Shown: positions 1-12,563 of the stretch, piece by piece
How positions within the stretch are numbered: position 1 is the stretch's first letter
How the letters are laid out: each line of letters opens with the position of its first letter
Origin: Blepharisma stoltei ATCC 30299
Lineage: Eukaryota > Protista > Ciliophora
Direction: 5' to 3'
Assembly (NCBI GenBank): GCA_965603825.1
Contig: CBFDEM010000018.1
Location: 620,001 to 684,000, forward strand
DNA: 64,000 nucleotides
Program-made: the position numbers and the translations under genes
Notes under the pieces: generated by a model
Database searches by the model: none
The model's input: only the letters and a program-made list of their open reading frames with translations
What the model was told of the DNA's origin: nothing

Positions 1-15
1 GTAATATACATGTAG
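1..15 (+). other. 15-nt spliceosomal intron (gtaatatacatgtag)
   Basis: GT..AG with A at -6. Removes the in-frame TAA at 2-4 of the PAQR frame. The upstream exon is outside the window. Confidence 0.75.
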
Positions 16-256
16 TCCTGAGGCAGAAAAATTTTATTCTTGCTTTGTGTACTTTGTGGTGGTTGTTTTTCTTTATCTTTGTGGGGTTTGTGTTTACATA
101 ATAAGATTCCCAGAACGGTATTTCCCTGGGAAATTTGATTTTTGGGGGAACTCACATAATTTATGGCACTTTTTTGTTTTGAGTGCAGCATTTTTTCACT
201 ATTTAGGAGCTTTGGATTCTTATCACAGAAGAGAGAGGTTGCTTTGTCCTGCATAA
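1..256 (+). CDS. PAQR/adiponectin-receptor (haemolysin-III) family membrane protein, 3' part
   Basis: RFPERYFPGKFDFWGNSHNLWHFFV matches the PAQR C-terminal PE..FPG.FD..G.SHQ.WH motif. The frame is open back to the intron at 1..15. Stop TAA 254-256. Confidence 0.9.
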
Positions 257-299
257 GCTCGATAATCTAAGAACTTTTAAAAACTATTTATTCTAATAA

Positions 300-947
<648 letters not shown>

Positions 948-1664
948 TTAAATTTCTTCATCAAATTGATCTGGCGGCTGAATATAGTCTGTTTTTAAAT
1001 ACTCGTTCATAACCCCTGACAGCGCTCCAAGAATGGCTCCAATTGGGTAGCAATAAAGCTGCTCTTTCATCAACGCAATTCTTAATTGATACGCAGTCTG
1101 GTCCTCCACGTCTAGAATCCCAAAAATCAGTCCAAAAATGACCCCCATAATAGACGATAGCACTAAAATAGCTGAAATTTGTTGAGGGTTCTCTACTATA
1201 ACTTTTCCTGAATACCCACTAAAATAGCTGGAAAAATAGTTCATCAAGTCTACGATTGCAAAAGTCAAAGCAAAACTTACAGAGATCCCTAAAATTGCAT
1301 AGAGTGGAATTTTCAGATGAGGACCTAGGCCAAGCGACCAGTTTTTTTCTAATAAAAAGCAGAGAATTCCTGAAAGGACGACTAAGACCCCAAAGGCAAA
1401 ATAATATTTTCGCTTAGTTTCTTCGTTAGACTGCTGCTGGACTCGGCTAATGATGACTGCGCCGACTATCATGAAGAGAATGCCAAAGTACTAAATGAAA
1501 TTTACGACTGAGAAGAATGGATTGATACTGATTTCAGCCAGTGTAGAATTGATAATAAAGCTGACACCTATTCCGAGACCTGCACCAATTGCGCTCGAGA
1601 TTGAGGCTTTTCGCCAGTTTAGTTTGTCGCCTACAGTCTTCATTAGGTCTTTGTGGAAATTCAT
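948..1664 (-). CDS. Multi-pass membrane protein, 233 aa
   Basis: ATG at 1664. Intron 1491-1505 joins ...INPFFSV^YFGILFMIVG. About six hydrophobic segments. Stop TAA 948-950. Confidence 0.8.
1491..1505 (-). other. 15-nt intron (gtaaatttcatttag)
   Basis: GT-AG, A at -6, phase 0 with an in-frame terminal TAG. Confidence 0.9.
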
Positions 1665-2398
1665 GGAAAAATTATTTGTAAAGATGAATAGTTAGATAAT
1701 CGTTTTATGATGGAAAATATTGAAAAGATTCGAGCAATAAAATATTATTTATTATTGTTTATAGAAATTGATGCGATAAATAATAATTATTAGTGCTTAT
1801 ATCATAAATAATATCTTAGAAAATCTGTTAATTTTCACTAATCAATCTATGCTTAAAGTAAATAAAATTTCAATAACTCTCTAAATAGACAGCAAGCCAA
1901 ATAATTGTGTTAAAAAGCACATATTTAATGATTTATTTCATTCTAAACAGAGTCTTAACCAAATATTTAAATGATTTGGAATTGATTTAGCTGCAATAAA
2001 AGTTTTTAGCTTATTAGTTTTATGATCTTTTATAAGTGATTTATAGGCTAACTATTAATGATAAACCTTCATTCCTATAATTTGGTCCGAATATAAATAA
2101 ATTCTTTATTAGCCTTTTGCTTATTTTTATTAATATCATTAATTAAAATAAGTTGCAATTATAATTATAATAAAGCTGATATAATCAAATATTTTTAATT
2201 TCCAAGATTTATATAGAGAAATAAGAGCCAAATATATAAACCAACAGAATAATTTGAATAATATTAGCTTAAGCAAATGATTAATTGCCACAACAATTGG
2301 TATTTAAAGCCTCTAATATGTTAAAATTCAAGTTATTTTTCTATCAAATTATTATCCTATTATTAATAGCGACACAAATAAAGATTTAACAATATCGC

Positions 2399-3913
2399 AT
2401 GTATTCAAATGACACACTATCAAAGAGTTGAAACTCTGGACGTCTAGAAGACTCCCACACAAGGCCAACTGGCATCTCTCTGACTCCTAAAAGATCCAGT
2501 AAGCGATCTGTAACAGCGAAACAATCCAAAACCCCTGAACCTCTCTCATCCCGTCCTAGATCCGGAAAGGTCCAAACAAAGTACTTAAACCCTAACCTAT
2601 ATGGCAATTCTTTGCAAGACAATGAAAACTCTCAAGGATCTCCAACAAACGTAACAAAAGCCACTACTTTTTTGCACATTTTAAAAACAATGCAAAAATT
2701 CAAATTAGGGCCAGGCCAATATTACTATGATTTAAGCACACTAGGTGGCCCTTCATTTCATTTTTCGTCTGAAAAAAGGTGACCGAAAATTGATCATTTG
2801 ATATCTCGGCCAAGACTGAATTTTGATGATGCAAAAAGAAGGCAAGAAATTTATCATGATAATAAAAATGTTAGAAAATATTCCCCTAATGAAAGAATGA
2901 AAGCTATAAAAAAAAAAGCAAGCCTAGAAGCAGCTAAAATTGTGGGAATCAAAGAGAAAAAACAAATGATTTATAATACCACGAAATCGGAAAGACTACT
3001 TAGGCTGAAAGATAAAGAAAGAAGATATGAGTGAAATAGAAAGAAATTTGAATTAGCCAAAATTTCAGAAACGTGGATTGCTATCGATGTAATTGTTGGG
3101 TTTGCATCAATTGCAAGAATAAAAATGAAGCTTAAATATAAACTGCATCTTAGGTCGGCAAAATTGCTAAAGAAACTGTATGTTATTTGTGTATGCTATG
3201 GAAGACTAAAAAGGAAGCTTCATAAAATTAGGGTTAAACGCGCTTTAAATGTTTTGAGAAGAATGGTGATACCGATGAAAAAATGGCTGATGATAAGACG
3301 TAAAAAATTAGCTGAAAAAATTGTTGACATAAGCGAATGAGCCATAACAGGCGACAAAATTTTTAGCCTCATGCACGCTTTTATACGAATAATTACATTT
3401 ATACAGCGAAAAATTAGAAAAATCCTCAAAAGAAAACATTTTTCTTTAGCTGTAAAAAAGTTATTGTGGAATAAAGTTGAATATAAAATGTATATAGAGC
3501 ATTGTGTCAAAAAATACACCCTTCCACAGTCAGAATTATGGAAAAAAATAAATTATGAGGCAATACAAGGACATTCTTCTATTCCTGATAGCATAAAAGA
3601 CATTGTTATAAAGAAAGTCTTGAAGATGAGGATGCAAGAATATAGAAAAAAATTAAGGGAATATAAAGAAGAATGTAAAAAAATATCAGAAGAATACGAA
3701 GAAACACATTATAAAATTTTGGGAAAAGTAGCTGATGGTGGACCGATTTATCCACTTCATCCTGTGCCGCATTATATTATATCTGAGTCAGAATACAGGA
3801 TCTTGATAAATGAGACTCTACAAAAAAGACTTGAGTGGGAACCTCTTGTCAGAAAAAATACAAGAAGGAGCTTGTTGAGACTTAATACCATTATAAAGCC
3901 TCAATTTAATTAA
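2399..3913 (+). CDS. Basic hypothetical protein, 504 aa, with a GPGQY (SHIPPO-like) motif and an IQ-like motif
   Basis: ORFs 2798, 3125 and 3371 are in one frame, interrupted only by TGA (2429, 2780, 3032, 3338). Contains LGPGQYY and FIQRKIRK. Ends TAA. Confidence 0.7.
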
Positions 3914-4130
3914 TATATAGCGTAAGAATTTTGATTTATTTTTAGTTCTTTGATTAAAATAAAAATTAATCAATTAATTAGACAATTAAATTTATTATCA
4001 CCAATTAGCTATTTTGAAATTTCCACAAACAATGACTATAATATTTTCAAAAATAATTGCTTTTTACACAATTTCTGTACTAGTAATAATTTTCCAAATT
4101 AATAGCATTAATGCGTAACTTATAATTTAA

Positions 4131-5159
4131 ATGGAGTTTGGATTTGATGTCAGGCGAGTTTTACGTCCAGATGAGGATGGATTTACAATTATAACCCCAC
4201 AGTCAGATTCTATTCAAAATAAAGAACTTTGCGAAATAATCAATGAAATGGGAAAAGCTTCAGCAAGAGCTCAATCATTAGGGGCAGTCATTACAACTCC
4301 ATCGAGATTTTTTTCTTCATCAGATAGCAAGCTTTATATAAAAAGCGAAAATCAAAAGGTCATTGGAATCTTGAAAACTGGACGAAGAAAATTATTTTAT
4401 ACAGACATGATTGGGAAAATCACTGAAATGACTCCTCTATGTTTACTAGATTTCTATGTGCACGAGTCCATGCAAAGACATGGCCATGGAAAGCTAATTT
4501 ATGAAAGAATGCTTGAAGAAGAAAATGTCTTACCAAACAAAATTGCTATTGACAGACCTTCCAACAAATTAATTAGCTTTATGAGAAAGCATTATGGACT
4601 TGCTGACTATATCCCACAAAATAATAATTTTGTAATTTATCATCAATTTTTTGATGTAATCGACAAATAGACAAATTTTAAGCTGCCTAAAAGAGCGGGA
4701 CATAACAGCTATGAAGAAAGAAAAGAAGCCTACCATGAAAAACCTCAAGAAGACTTAGAAGAAAACTACTATGAGCAGCCCTATCGCAAGACTCAAGATC
4801 TTCATCATAGGCCTCAAGAAACTTATAATGAGCCTCAAGAGCATTATAGAAATGAAGCACATAACGAGAGAAATGAGCCTCAGAGGAATTATCATTATTT
4901 GCAGCAAAATAATTATGGAAGCTCTTCTCAAAGGTGCAAATCAAGGGAAGATAAAATTTTGGACCAAATTAGATCCAATATTGTGGTAACTGAGGATCAG
5001 CTGAAAGAGACAAGGGAAAGGATTACGAAAATGGAGGCTGAGACGAAGATGAGCGGATATCAGCCTAGAGCGCCATGGGCTACGAGTGGGACAGGAAGAG
5101 AAAAGAAAACATCTTCTTCTGATTATGGAGCTTATTTAAATTATCAGAAAAGGTATTAG
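4131..5159 (+). CDS. ATAT1: Alpha-tubulin N-acetyltransferase (MEC-17/ATAT1), 337 aa
   Basis: MGKASARAQSL, LCLLDFYVHESMQRHGHGK, AIDRPSNKL and PQNNNFV are present. Intron 4656-4670 joins the low-complexity C-terminus. Stop TAG. Confidence 0.95.
4656..4670 (+). other. 15-nt intron (gtaatcgacaaatag)
   Basis: GT-AG, A at -6. Removal gives a continuous frame to 5159. Confidence 0.9.
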
Positions 5160-6110
5160 TTTTATGAAAATCCAAATTAATTTATTAGATAATAGAATTA
5201 TTATTAGCAAATGTGATAATGACTCCAAGCAGTTATTTATGGATGGAAATACATAAAATGCTTCTTTCTTCTCAACTAGAATAAAGTCAATTATAAAAAT
5301 TGCTCAAATGTTTTTAAATATCAAAAGTAGATAAAGCTGTTTGAGCTTTAATATACATTAACTAAAAAACCCTATTATTATAGGATTTTATTAAGCTATC
5401 CTAAAAACTTGTCTTTTTAGGAATAAAAAATGTCGAAAAAAGTTGAATTTATTAGATTAAATAGTAAAAATGAATCATTCAATTTTCTTAGAAATAAAAT
5501 TATACAAAAAGAATTGAATTTAAACCTGCGACTTTAGCTTATACTAACAAAAGCTTTCTCTTTGAGAAATTTTCCTTGATTTCTCTCATGCTTAAAAATT
5601 CGTTAAAATGTGATCATATTGATAATGGCAATATAAATATTTTTTAAATTATAAGAAAATAAAAGCATAAAGGCTTAGTCAAAATATCAATTTAAAATAT
5701 TTTAATATAATATGCTAAATGTAATATTATTTTCTCTCTATGAATTCTTCTGTTAATAAATTTTTCATATTCATATTTTCCAAAAATAAATTGGCATTAT
5801 TCAAATATTACAAGACATTATATAGTTAAAAAAATCAATTAAAGTAATAAAATAATCCATCTCTTAGCTTAAATATAAACTATCATAATGCCCATTAATA
5901 CTCAATTAATAGCAAAATTAAATTCTCCAGAACTGCTTCATTAATATATATACTTACACATAGACCCCAAATCAATCAAATATAATTAAATTTCAACTAT
6001 TTTATGGCCAGAACTCGTCCATAATTAATCTTATTCCATCTAAAAATCCAGTAACTCATGCGTCAAAATTTTGCAATAAATTCACGCATCATTTTCATAA
6101 TATAAAATTC

Positions 6111-6813
6111 ATGCCAGAGAGCTTACGATCATATAAATCTCGGATTCTTATAGAAGATACTCAAAATTCAGGGTTAATTGTGTTTGGTGTATTATTACCA
6201 ATTGTGCTTATTATTATAGTGTAAAATTTACATAGAGGATTTTCGTGTTATTTGATAAGAAAATATAAAAGAAGAAAAAGCACAAATAAAGTCAAACCGC
6301 ACAAAGAGTCAATAAATTTAAATTTGGCTGGAGATCTCTCAGGTGACGACTCTAAGCGAGAACGAACCGACATAACCCTTGACCGAACCATTTCAAGTGC
6401 ATTGGATGGGCAAAGTGAATCCAAACGAAAAAACAACCCACACCAAGGAGAGTTGCTTACTATTTCAGTGAATCGGGCTTCATCGAATTCAGACCAAGAC
6501 GAGTCTCGCAGGATTTCGCGAGTGACCGAAATTCATTACTTGTGTCCACAAGAAGAAGATTATATCAGTCCAACCGAAAGGATTCCGGACCATTTTGATA
6601 TTTATGAGTTCAGAGATATCACTGGGGAAGTGTGCAATGTGTGTAACTCAGTGTAAAATTTGATATAGATTCGAAAAAGGAGATATGGGCCTTGCCGGAG
6701 AGTGTAGGCACAAAATTCATTTATCGTGCTGAGCAGAGTTCATACAAAAACATAGAGATAAATCAATGCTTTGCCCTATGTAAACGATATGTAGATGCTG
6801 TAACAAAAGTTAA
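6111..6813 (+). CDS. Single-pass membrane RING-H2 E3 ligase-like protein, 218 aa, three introns
   Basis: After removing 6221-6235, 6653-6668 and 6780-6794 the protein has a TM segment LIVFGVLLPIVLIIIVGF. The RING-H2 reads CNVC...ECRHKIHLSC(TGA=W)...LCPIC. Stop TAA 6811-6813. Confidence 0.85.
6221..6235 (+). other. 15-nt intron (gtaaaatttacatag)
   Basis: GT-AG, A at -6. Removes an in-frame TAA and completes the TM helix. Confidence 0.9.
6653..6668 (+). other. 16-nt intron (gtaaaatttgatatag)
   Basis: GT-AG, A at -6. The resulting frame change joins the two halves of the RING finger. Confidence 0.9.
6780..6794 (+). other. 15-nt intron (gtaaacgatatgtag)
   Basis: Removal converts CPM* into CPIC, supplying the last RING ligand. 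Confidence 0.9.
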
Positions 6814-6900
6814 TTTTCAATGCAAATATCGTAAATTGAGTATTTGTGCTGAATTAATTTAAATCGTAATTTAATAGAGTAAGTATTTTATAAGAGTTTA

Positions 6901-7422
6901 TTAGAAGGAGCTTTTGGAGTTTATGCTAGTCTCTTCTAGAGCCCAATAATTGTCAATTTTTAGCAGTTCTTCTGTGTCTTCGTCCATGTCTAAAAATAAG
7001 TGAAAATCGTTGATGTAGTCTTTGACGTTTAAATCTTTTAAATAGCAGGCTATTTCTATACAAATTAAAGTTTGGAGGGGATATAGGTCCAATCGCTTAG
7101 CAGCGAGTAGAAGTTTGAGCTGGTTTTCTTGGGAGGTTTTTTCGAAAAAGTACCTGTCTCAAGGATCAATATATGTTTTTATATCAATATCTTTAGCAAG
7201 AGCTCTATATACTGGTGGATTGTAACGGTGATAAGACAAATAATCAATAATCATGTCCAGTGTTTCAGAGTCAATTTCTAGAGCATCTAGATAAATAGGA
7301 GAAGAAACATCAGGGATTTCTAAATGAAAAATACCACGCAAAAATTCTGATAATTCGACAATCTCGTGTGGAACTTTGTAAGATTTGCCTTCAAATGAAA
7401 TAAGCTCTATTGTTTCTCCCAT
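6901..7422 (-). CDS. Skp1/BTB-POZ family protein (divergent), 173 aa
   Basis: IELISFEGKSYKV..SEFL and IDSETLDMIIDYL present. P(TGA=W)DRYFF..LLLAAKRLDLYPL resembles Skp1 'WD..F..LILAANYLDI'. Confidence 0.8.
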
Positions 7423-7682
7423 AGCTTTATTTATTTTTAAAATTAATTATAATCAAAACTTGTATATATTGGGCACATAATATGAACTGCATTTTAATGC
7501 TTGTTATTTCCCAGAACTTAAAGTGTCTTTACTGATTTATATGAATTCCCTCTTATTTACAGATCTTATCTTAATTTTTTATCAATTTAACCCTATGTAA
7601 GTCTTTAATCTCTCAACCTATAATATTAAAAAGACAATTTTTAAGTGAACCTGCAATAAATAGGTTATTTCTTTAAGTCCTC

Positions 7683-8204
7683 TTAAGAGCGGAAATTCCA
7701 CCAAACTCCGAAAAAGAACAGTCCCAAGCCCGCAGCAGTCGCAGTTCTATAAGCTCCAAAGTACGTTTTAGAGAAGTTATTCACCAAAAGCCTTTCAGTC
7801 CCATTGCAGAAAGGCGCATTTGCAGATTGTTTGCAGTTGCAAATCTTGTAGTATCCTGATTTATCTACGTTGAAAGCGATTGGTCTATTTCTTGATAGCA
7901 TGTAATGGCATTTATGATCGCACCACGGTTCATCCCAAGTGGCTCCACATGAGCACCATTTGTAAATTTTACCAGCTTCTAAATGAATATTGGTTGGGAT
8001 AAATCCCCCTCTGATTGGTAATGTTGGTGGCCTGTATTTTCCTTCAGGATAGTGATATTCTTCTGGCATTGGAGTCACTGTTTGTTTAGGGAAATCAGTG
8101 ACATCAGTAGGTTTTTTCTCTGCTCTAGGGGGTGGTGCATGAAGAATTTCTGGCTTTGGGACGAGAGGATCCAGTCTCCAATCGTAGTTGCAAGGGTCAG
8201 ACAT
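7683..8204 (-). CDS. Double CDGSH-type Fe-S domain protein (CISD3/MiNT-like) with C-terminal TM helix
   Basis: WCSCGATWDEPWCDHKCH and ICNCKQSANAPFCNGTE, followed by a hydrophobic tail AAGLGLFFFGVWW. Confidence 0.88.
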   Translation of the reverse strand: MSDPCNYDWRLDPLVPKPEILHAPPPRAEKKPTDVTDFPKQTVTPMPEEYHYPEGKYRPPTLPIRGGFIPTNIHLEAGKIYKWCSCGATWDEPWCDHKCHYMLSRNRPIAFNVDKSGYYKICNCKQSANAPFCNGTERLLVNNFSKTYFGAYRTATAAGLGLFFFGVWWNFRS

Positions 8205-8256
8205 ATTTTATTAAAGATTTGATTTTCAATGGTTGAATTAAAATATTAGAAGAATC

Positions 8257-9672
8257 TTAAATGATACTTGGAGCGATGTTAGCTGCGATTTCGCTGTAGC
8301 CATTATTTAGGACTAAAATGTCATCAGTGAACTCGATGTATTTGATCTTAGGCAAAGAAATATTAACTTTTCCTAAGTCATTATTGATAATTGGCACCAA
8401 TATGTCAAACAGGTTTTCTAATAGCATGCTCAAGACAGCTGTATTGACGGTTCCTACATTGGAATTTATTACGGAGACTTGCCAAAGGTCAAGGGTGTTT
8501 ATATCAAAGTTGAGGACTGTGCCGTTAAGGTGCAAATTGGCATTGATGTAGATTGATGTTAATAAGTCCAATGCATTTGTCCATGCAGTTGAGGAGGTTT
8601 GGACTGCAAACTTAGTTTGTAAAGTTGCGTTGAAATTCAAAGAATTGTTGGTCCATACTGTTGGGTACTGGTAAGCAGGGTCTGAGTTGAAGGTAAGTGC
8701 GACATTTTTCCCTTTTCCGTAGGTCTGTTTTAAGTTTGGTATCAAAAATGCCAGCCCATCAGTTGTCAATTTCAAAGGAATAGTTGGAGGAAGCTGCTTT
8801 AAGTCAATATTTAAAAGTCCCCAATAGGCGACTACCAAAGAGTTCAGGAAATAGTCTGATAAAAAGATTTGGAAGTCCAGCCCATCAGCTCCATAAGCTG
8901 GGAGATCTATAGCCTTGAATGGGATAAATGAAGATTTAGTAGTAGAGTTATATACTTCCCCTAAGAATGGAATGCTAAGATATCCATTGCTTACTGAAGT
9001 ATTTTGGGTTAAATGTAAATCTATGATTGAGCGGAGTGATTCCAGTTCAAGCTCGTAAGGGAGGATGTATAACAGCATATTAATATCATCTGTTTTATTA
9101 GCAACGTACCCTTCTATTGTTTTTTCAAGGGTAGGGATTTCTGATATCATCGCTTCCAGCAGCAATTTCTTAATTGTACTTGACAAGCCAGTTGTGGTGA
9201 GCTCTATGTTGGTTATAACTGCAGCCAGATGTCGGATAAGGATTTGGGCTTTGTCTTTAGGCTGAGTCTGTATGACTGTTATGAAATAGTCAAAGTCGAG
9301 ACCTAAAATGGTAAGAGTCCCTGTCCCTTTATAAGTTAATCCGTACTTTAGGAGATAGTTGAAGGTCACAACGATTTTTCCATCGTTTATAGCTAGCTGT
9401 ATTTCGTCTGGCTCTTTAAATGTTAGCCCTGAAGTTGTCAGGTTTGCAGTTACACCTTGAAGCTGGACGTTCATCAGTTCCAATTCCCCTTTGAATCCAG
9501 CGTTGAAATTGAATGTAAAATTTCCTAGCGTGTAATTGATGGAATATCCTTCCCCAAATGCTAGTAAAATCTGCACAATTTCATGGAGTGGAGCTTGGTT
9601 AATGGAAAGCGATAAGGCATTGTCACCAGCGAAAATGAGAGCAGGCAAAAGTGCTAACAAAAAGAACTTCAT
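8257..9672 (-). CDS. Secreted BPI/LBP/CETP (TULIP) lipid-binding protein, 471 aa
   Basis: Signal peptide and a length suited to two BPI domains. FQIFLSDYFLNSL and FLIPNLKQTYG match BPI2 domain motifs. Confidence 0.8.
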   Translation of the reverse strand: MKFFLLALLPALIFAGDNALSLSINQAPLHEIVQILLAFGEGYSINYTLGNFTFNFNAGFKGELELMNVQLQGVTANLTTSGLTFKEPDEIQLAINDGKIVVTFNYLLKYGLTYKGTGTLTILGLDFDYFITVIQTQPKDKAQILIRHLAAVITNIELTTTGLSSTIKKLLLEAMISEIPTLEKTIEGYVANKTDDINMLLYILPYELELESLRSIIDLHLTQNTSVSNGYLSIPFLGEVYNSTTKSSFIPFKAIDLPAYGADGLDFQIFLSDYFLNSLVVAYWGLLNIDLKQLPPTIPLKLTTDGLAFLIPNLKQTYGKGKNVALTFNSDPAYQYPTVWTNNSLNFNATLQTKFAVQTSSTAWTNALDLLTSIYINANLHLNGTVLNFDINTLDLWQVSVINSNVGTVNTAVLSMLLENLFDILVPIINNDLGKVNISLPKIKYIEFTDDILVLNNGYSEIAANIAPSII

Positions 9673-10106
9673 AATTATTTAGTCAACAAATAAATGGTGA
9701 GATATTCGACGCACAACAATTTTTGAATTTCTTGTGATAAGTGCGTTAGACAATAAATAGGCGAAATAAAATGACAGAATTTAAATTCATAGGAAAAGGA
9801 AGCTGTCTAGGTAATAAAATGATAAATTTTTTAAGATATTCTAAAAATAGGAGAGAAATATATAGATTTTCTTTTTTAAATTAAAATATGCTAAAAATTA
9901 GGAGAATTTACTCTAGTTATGCTGCCAATAAGCCTTTAAATTAATTGAAAAATTTATTATAAAAAACAAGATCGATAGTTGAGGTCAACCAGATTGATAA
10001 AAAATGGTAAATGACAATCATGTAAGATTTGCCTTTTATTATTAAAATATTATCTTATTAGAAGCGTTATCTTTAAATATAAATATTGAATTAGTTAATC
10101 CTGCAA

Positions 10107-11057
10107 CTAATAATAAAAAGAAGTTTCTACACCTGCATGATCACTTATTTGCGTAAAGACTTCTCCCTCAGTGCTCAAAGGTTCAACTTTTGTGTTTTCC
10201 ACATTTATTTTCAGGTCCTACTTTTATCTTACAGTCCTATCTTCATTTGCTAGCAAAATATAATCAAGAGCTTCATCAGCACAAATTTCGTGATTCATTG
10301 TAAGGATTTTTTCTAAAGCTTCTCCTTTCTCATTGATTCTCCCAAATGTTGCAGGAGAAAATCCATATTTTCACCTCAACAAGTCTTTCATAGCAACTTT
10401 TTTTCCTCGCAAAAGGAGTTTGCTGAGATGTTCATAATCGTCTAAACACTCAATATCTTTAAATACTGGTGGCTTTAGCTCCTCTCTCCCATCCACATTT
10501 AAATCCCCACATATAAAACCAGGCTCTTCAGCTAGCCCTATTTTTTCGTCAACAAAATTTCGGAGATCAATTAGCTGTTTTCTCCTAGTCAATCTATACA
10601 TAAGATATTTTTTGCTGCTTTTAGTAGGGTGTTTTGACTGTAAATGAACGTTAAAAAGATGCAAAGGCTTAGAATTTACTAAGATTTTTGCATATAAAGC
10701 TCCCTTATAGGCCAATTTATCTGGATAAACTGAGTCATTGAAAGGCCTAAACGTAGATTCCAAGATTTTATGCTTGCTTAGTATTACCAGCCCACAGTCG
10801 GCTATATGAGTTGAAAAAATTTTTGGAAGAGGGCTGATTGCGTGATACAAAAAATTGTGATTGGCTGCTTCATGCAAAAGTTTCTTTTGACGTGAGGTAT
10901 AAGCTGCATATGTCTCTTGCAAACAAATGATATCGTATTTCTTTATGATCTTGCTGATAAAGTAAGAAAGGCGCTGATTTTTAAAATCTCAATTTTTGTT
11001 ATGAACTAGAGGCGGCCTCATAAATAGATTCAAAGTCAATAACTTTGTTTGAGACAT
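10107..11057 (-). CDS. Endonuclease/exonuclease/phosphatase (neutral sphingomyelinase-like) protein, 311 aa
   Basis: LLTLNLFMRPP, YDIICLQE, CGLVILSK, KGALY, NVHLQ, CGDLN, LDYIL and terminal SDH present. Two TGA and intron 10218-10232. Stop TAG. Confidence 0.92.
10218..10232 (-). other. 15-nt intron (gtaagataaaagtag)
   Basis: Removal links the frame to the catalytic SDH motif. Confidence 0.92.
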
Positions 11058-11127
11058 ATTTATATAGCACTATACTAGTCTTATAAAATTTTTTTAAATA
11101 AAAATGATTCTGATAATAAATATATAA

Positions 11128-11457
11128 ATGATAAGAAAATTCACCTCTCAAATTAAAGTTTCTTCTATTTCTGATATCAAAAATACTTTACCCAGTTGGA
11201 ATATAGCTCATGATGCTTCTGAGCTTAGTAAAACATATCGTTTTCAATCTTACACAGATGCATGAGACTTCTTCCATCTTGTAAGTAAAGTTGCTGCACA
11301 AAACAAATGTCCACCATCATGGTCATTTTCTAATTTAAACGTTAATGTGAAATTTCCTCCTGAAGAGCACCAAGATCTTACACTCGGCCAAGTCCGTTTA
11401 GCAATGTTTATGGACAAAGCTCAAGAACACATACAATCTGATCGTAATTTTAATTAA
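11128..11457 (+). CDS. Pterin-4a-carbinolamine dehydratase (PCD)-fold protein lacking the HHP motif, 109 aa (absent from the ORF track)
   Basis: LPSWNI..ELSKTYRFQSYTDA(TGA=W)DFFHLVSKVAAQNKCPPSW..VNV..DLT..VRLAMFMD follows the PCD pattern. ATG 11128, TAA 11455-11457. Confidence 0.75.
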
Positions 11458-11480
11458 TTATTCGAAACCATTATTTTACA

Positions 11481-12563
11481 TTATTCTTCAGCTTGTTCTT
11501 CTATTATATGAATACTTATATCTCTATGTATATGTGAATGCTCGGGGATAGACTCGGGATTCTTTTCATGAAAATAGCTTAATTTCAATAAATCTTTGGC
11601 TGATGGCCTTCTCATAGGATCTCTTTGTATACACTGCTTTATGATATTTTTTAGCTGATTTTCGCATTTTGGGAAGTCTGGGAGCATCTCATTAGTCGCG
11701 ATCAGCTTTAAAACTTCTCTGGCATCTTTTGAGTAATTTGACCATGGTGGTCTTCCTGATGCCATTTCTATTAAAACACACCCTAGGGATCAGATATCGG
11801 CAGAATAGCTATGCCCTCGCCTTAAAACCACTTCTGGAGCCATTCAATAAGGGCTCCCCCTTAAGCTTTTGGTTAGCTCTAAGTCAGAATGTTCAAACTT
11901 TCTTGAAGATCCAAAATCAGTCAATTTTAACTTCCCATTTGTCGATATTAAAATATTTGCTGATTTTAAGTCTCTATGTATAACATTATTTTCATGAAGA
12001 TAAGCTAGGCCTTTGAGTAGCTGCCTGGCAAATGTTTTAATAACATTATCTTCAAGAATTCCATATTTTTGAATTAAATGTCTCAAAGTCCCACCAGGGA
12101 CATACTCAATCACCACATCCAGTGAATTCATTTCTGGCGATAAATCAGTTTGGTAATATTGAACTATATTAGGATGATCTAGTTGTTTTAATAAAGAAAC
12201 CTCTTTTTTCATAAGGGTAAAGTCCTTTTGTATTTTTGTTGGGTCGTCTGTAAGCTAAATAAAGGTTACTTGGAAGTGTTTTACAGCCAAAAGTTCGCCA
12301 GTTTCGATATTCATGCACTGGTATACTTTGGCATAGGCACCTTCGCCTATGATTTCTCCTCTTTTTCATCTGATTAGTCTTCCAGTCCGAGGAGTGGAAA
12401 GCTCCACAAAGGTGGATTCGGAATCGTCGGTTAAAAATAGCTGGGATTTCTTGCGGCGGATTAACTCTGCATTATTTCCTGGGTTGGAGCTATTGAGGGA
12501 GGTAGCACGAAATCCCATTTCTTGGATTTTCACTGATCCTTTTGAAAGACATCCGTGTCCCAT
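11481..12563 (-). CDS. STE11/NPK1-type MAP kinase kinase kinase, 355 aa
   Basis: (TGA=W)KRGEIIGEGAYAKVY, LLAVK, HRDLKSANIL, DFG, GSPY(TGA=W)MAPEV and DIWSLG present. Intron 12255-12269. Confidence 0.95.
12255..12269 (-). other. 15-nt intron (gtaacctttatttag)
   Basis: GT-AG, A at -6, in-frame TAG between kinase subdomains II and III. Confidence 0.93.
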
